A stretch of DNA of 64,000 nucleotides, taken from the NCBI RefSeq assembly GCF_006345805.1, contig NC_042997.1, forward strand, positions 169,570,001-169,634,000, written 5' to 3'. Shown here in pieces: positions 62,321 to 64,000 of the stretch. Source of the DNA: Octopus sinensis. Lineage: Eukaryota. How positions within the stretch are numbered: the stretch's first letter is position 1; each line of letters begins with the position of its first letter. The translations under genes were made by a program, and so were the position numbers. The notes beneath the pieces were generated by a model that saw only the letters and a program-made list of their open reading frames with translations, ran no database searches and was not told the DNA's origin.

Positions 62321-63948
62321 CATCATCATCATCTTTTAACATCTGCTTTCCATGCTGGCATGGGTTGGATAGTTTGACTGAGGACTGGCAAGCCAAGAGG
62401 CTGCACCAGGCTCCAATCTGATCTGGCAAGGTTTTTACAGCTGGATGCTCTTCCTAACGTCAACCACTCCAAGAGTGTAATGGGTGCTTTTTACGTGCCA
62501 CCGGCATGGGAACCAGTCAGGCAGCACTGGCATCGATCATGCTCAAATGGTGCTTTTTATGTGCCACTGACACTGGCATCGGCCACGCTCGAATGGTGAT
62601 TTTCATGTGCCACCAGCACTTGCATCAGTCATGCTCAAATGGTGCGTTTTACACACCACCAGTGTGGGTGCCAGTCAGGCAGCACTGACATTGACTACAA
62701 CTATGATTTCGCTTGACTCAGACACAGTATATTGCCTGATGATTGAGGGGTATGGCTACAATCTCACTTGGCTTGCCGGGTCTTCTCAAGTATAGCATAT
62801 CTCCAGAGGTCTCGGCCACTTATCAATGCTTCTGTGAGGCCCAACATCCGAAGGTTGTGCTTCACCACCTCATCTCATGTCTTCCTGGGTCTACCTCTTA
62901 CACAGGTCTCCTCCACTGTTAGAGTGTGACACTTCTTCATACAGCTGTCCTCGTCCAGATGCAACACATGACCATACCAGCACAGTCATCTCTCTGGCAC
63001 ACCACATCTGATGCTTATGTCTAACTTTTCTCTCAGAGCGCTTACACTCTATTGTGTATGCAAACTGATATTACACATCCAGCAGAGCATACTAGCTTCA
63101 TTCCTTTCGAGCCTACGCATGTCCTCAGCAGTCATGGCCCATGTTTCACTGCCATGTTGCATGGCTGTTTGCACACATGCATCATACAGTGAGAGAGAGG
63201 CCCTTTGTTACCAACAGAGGTAGGAGTTCTCTGAACTTTGCCCTGGCTATTCTTATTCTAGCAGCTATTCTCTCAGAGCATCCATCCCCATTATTGACTT
63301 TGTCACCTAGGTAACAGAAGCTATCAACTACTTCTAGCTTTTCTACAGATCAAGCAGGGCCATCTACCTGAAGGGATTTGTGATTTGTCTACCTTCCTAC
63401 TTACTAAGACTTTGTTTTCGCTAGATTGACTCTAAGACTCTTCAATTCTAGACCTTGCTTCCACACCCTAAACTTCTTCTCTAGTTCTAGTAGTGACTCA
63501 GCTATTAGAGCAAGTCCATCAGCATAGAGAAGCTCCCAGGAGCAGCCTGTCTTGAATTCCTCTGTTATTGCTTGGAGGACTATGATGAATAAGAGGGGGC
63601 TGAGGACTGATCATTGGTGAACCCCTACTTCTACCCGGAATTCTTCTTTATACTCCTTGCTAATCCTCACCTTACTGACAGCATCGCTGTACATGGCTTG
63701 TACAGGTCTCACCAACCACTCATCTACCCTACTTTCTACATTGACCACCAGACAGGGGATCGAGGTCCCTGTCAAAGGCTTTCTCCATGTCAGCAAAAGC
63801 CAAGTACAGAGGTTTATTTTGGCTAGGAATTTCTCCTGCACCTGCCTTACCAGAAATATAGTATCAGTGGTGCTTCTGCCTGGCACAAACCCAAACTGCA
63901 TTTCATCTACACTAACTCTCTCCTTAATTAATTAGGCTATGACCCTAA
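62321..63948 (-). mobile_element. RTE LINE copy 3, 5'-truncated and decayed, PHD mostly deleted
   Basis: MQFGFVPGRSTTD, LLYADG, WPCLICR fused directly to LEVVDSF, repeat 3' UTR, (GAT)n tail. Confidence 0.92.
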
Positions 63949-64000
63949 CTTAGTAATTTATAGTATATGTGTTGAAAACATATAGAACAGCTTTTTTGTT

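Overview
AT-rich, repeat-dense eukaryotic DNA, most likely from an octopus (inferred from the SINE and RTE repeat families, not from a database search). The whole window lies inside one + strand gene, ASCC3 (Ski2-like helicase). Twelve GT-AG coding exons between 1 and 44763 splice into one uninterrupted frame of about 580 codons. They cover the end of the N-terminal helicase cassette, the first Sec63 domain and the first RecA domain of the second cassette ([13 protein letters not shown]). No further exon was found after 44763. The introns are almost entirely transposon debris. Retroelements: three long RTE LINE copies whose RT carries an inserted PHD finger, many truncated RTE 3' tails, other RTE and CR1 LINE remnants, three tRNA-derived SINE families, and Penelope-like remnants. 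DNA elements: three mariner pseudogenes, mariner/piggyBac/hAT MITEs, a Buster/Charlie-type hAT transposase and a probable Helitron. Most interesting observations: (1) four unrelated minimal hammerhead-ribozyme-like motifs, all antisense to the host gene, one with a G3-C8 swapped core in a 194-bp TSD-flanked element and one in a Penelope-RT + tRNA-like + hammerhead chimera; (2) two inverted RTE copies bracketing a 483-nt, frame-preserving block of three exons (circRNA/editing candidate); (3) a SINE-LINE pair sharing a 3' tail. All alignments and folds were done by eye.
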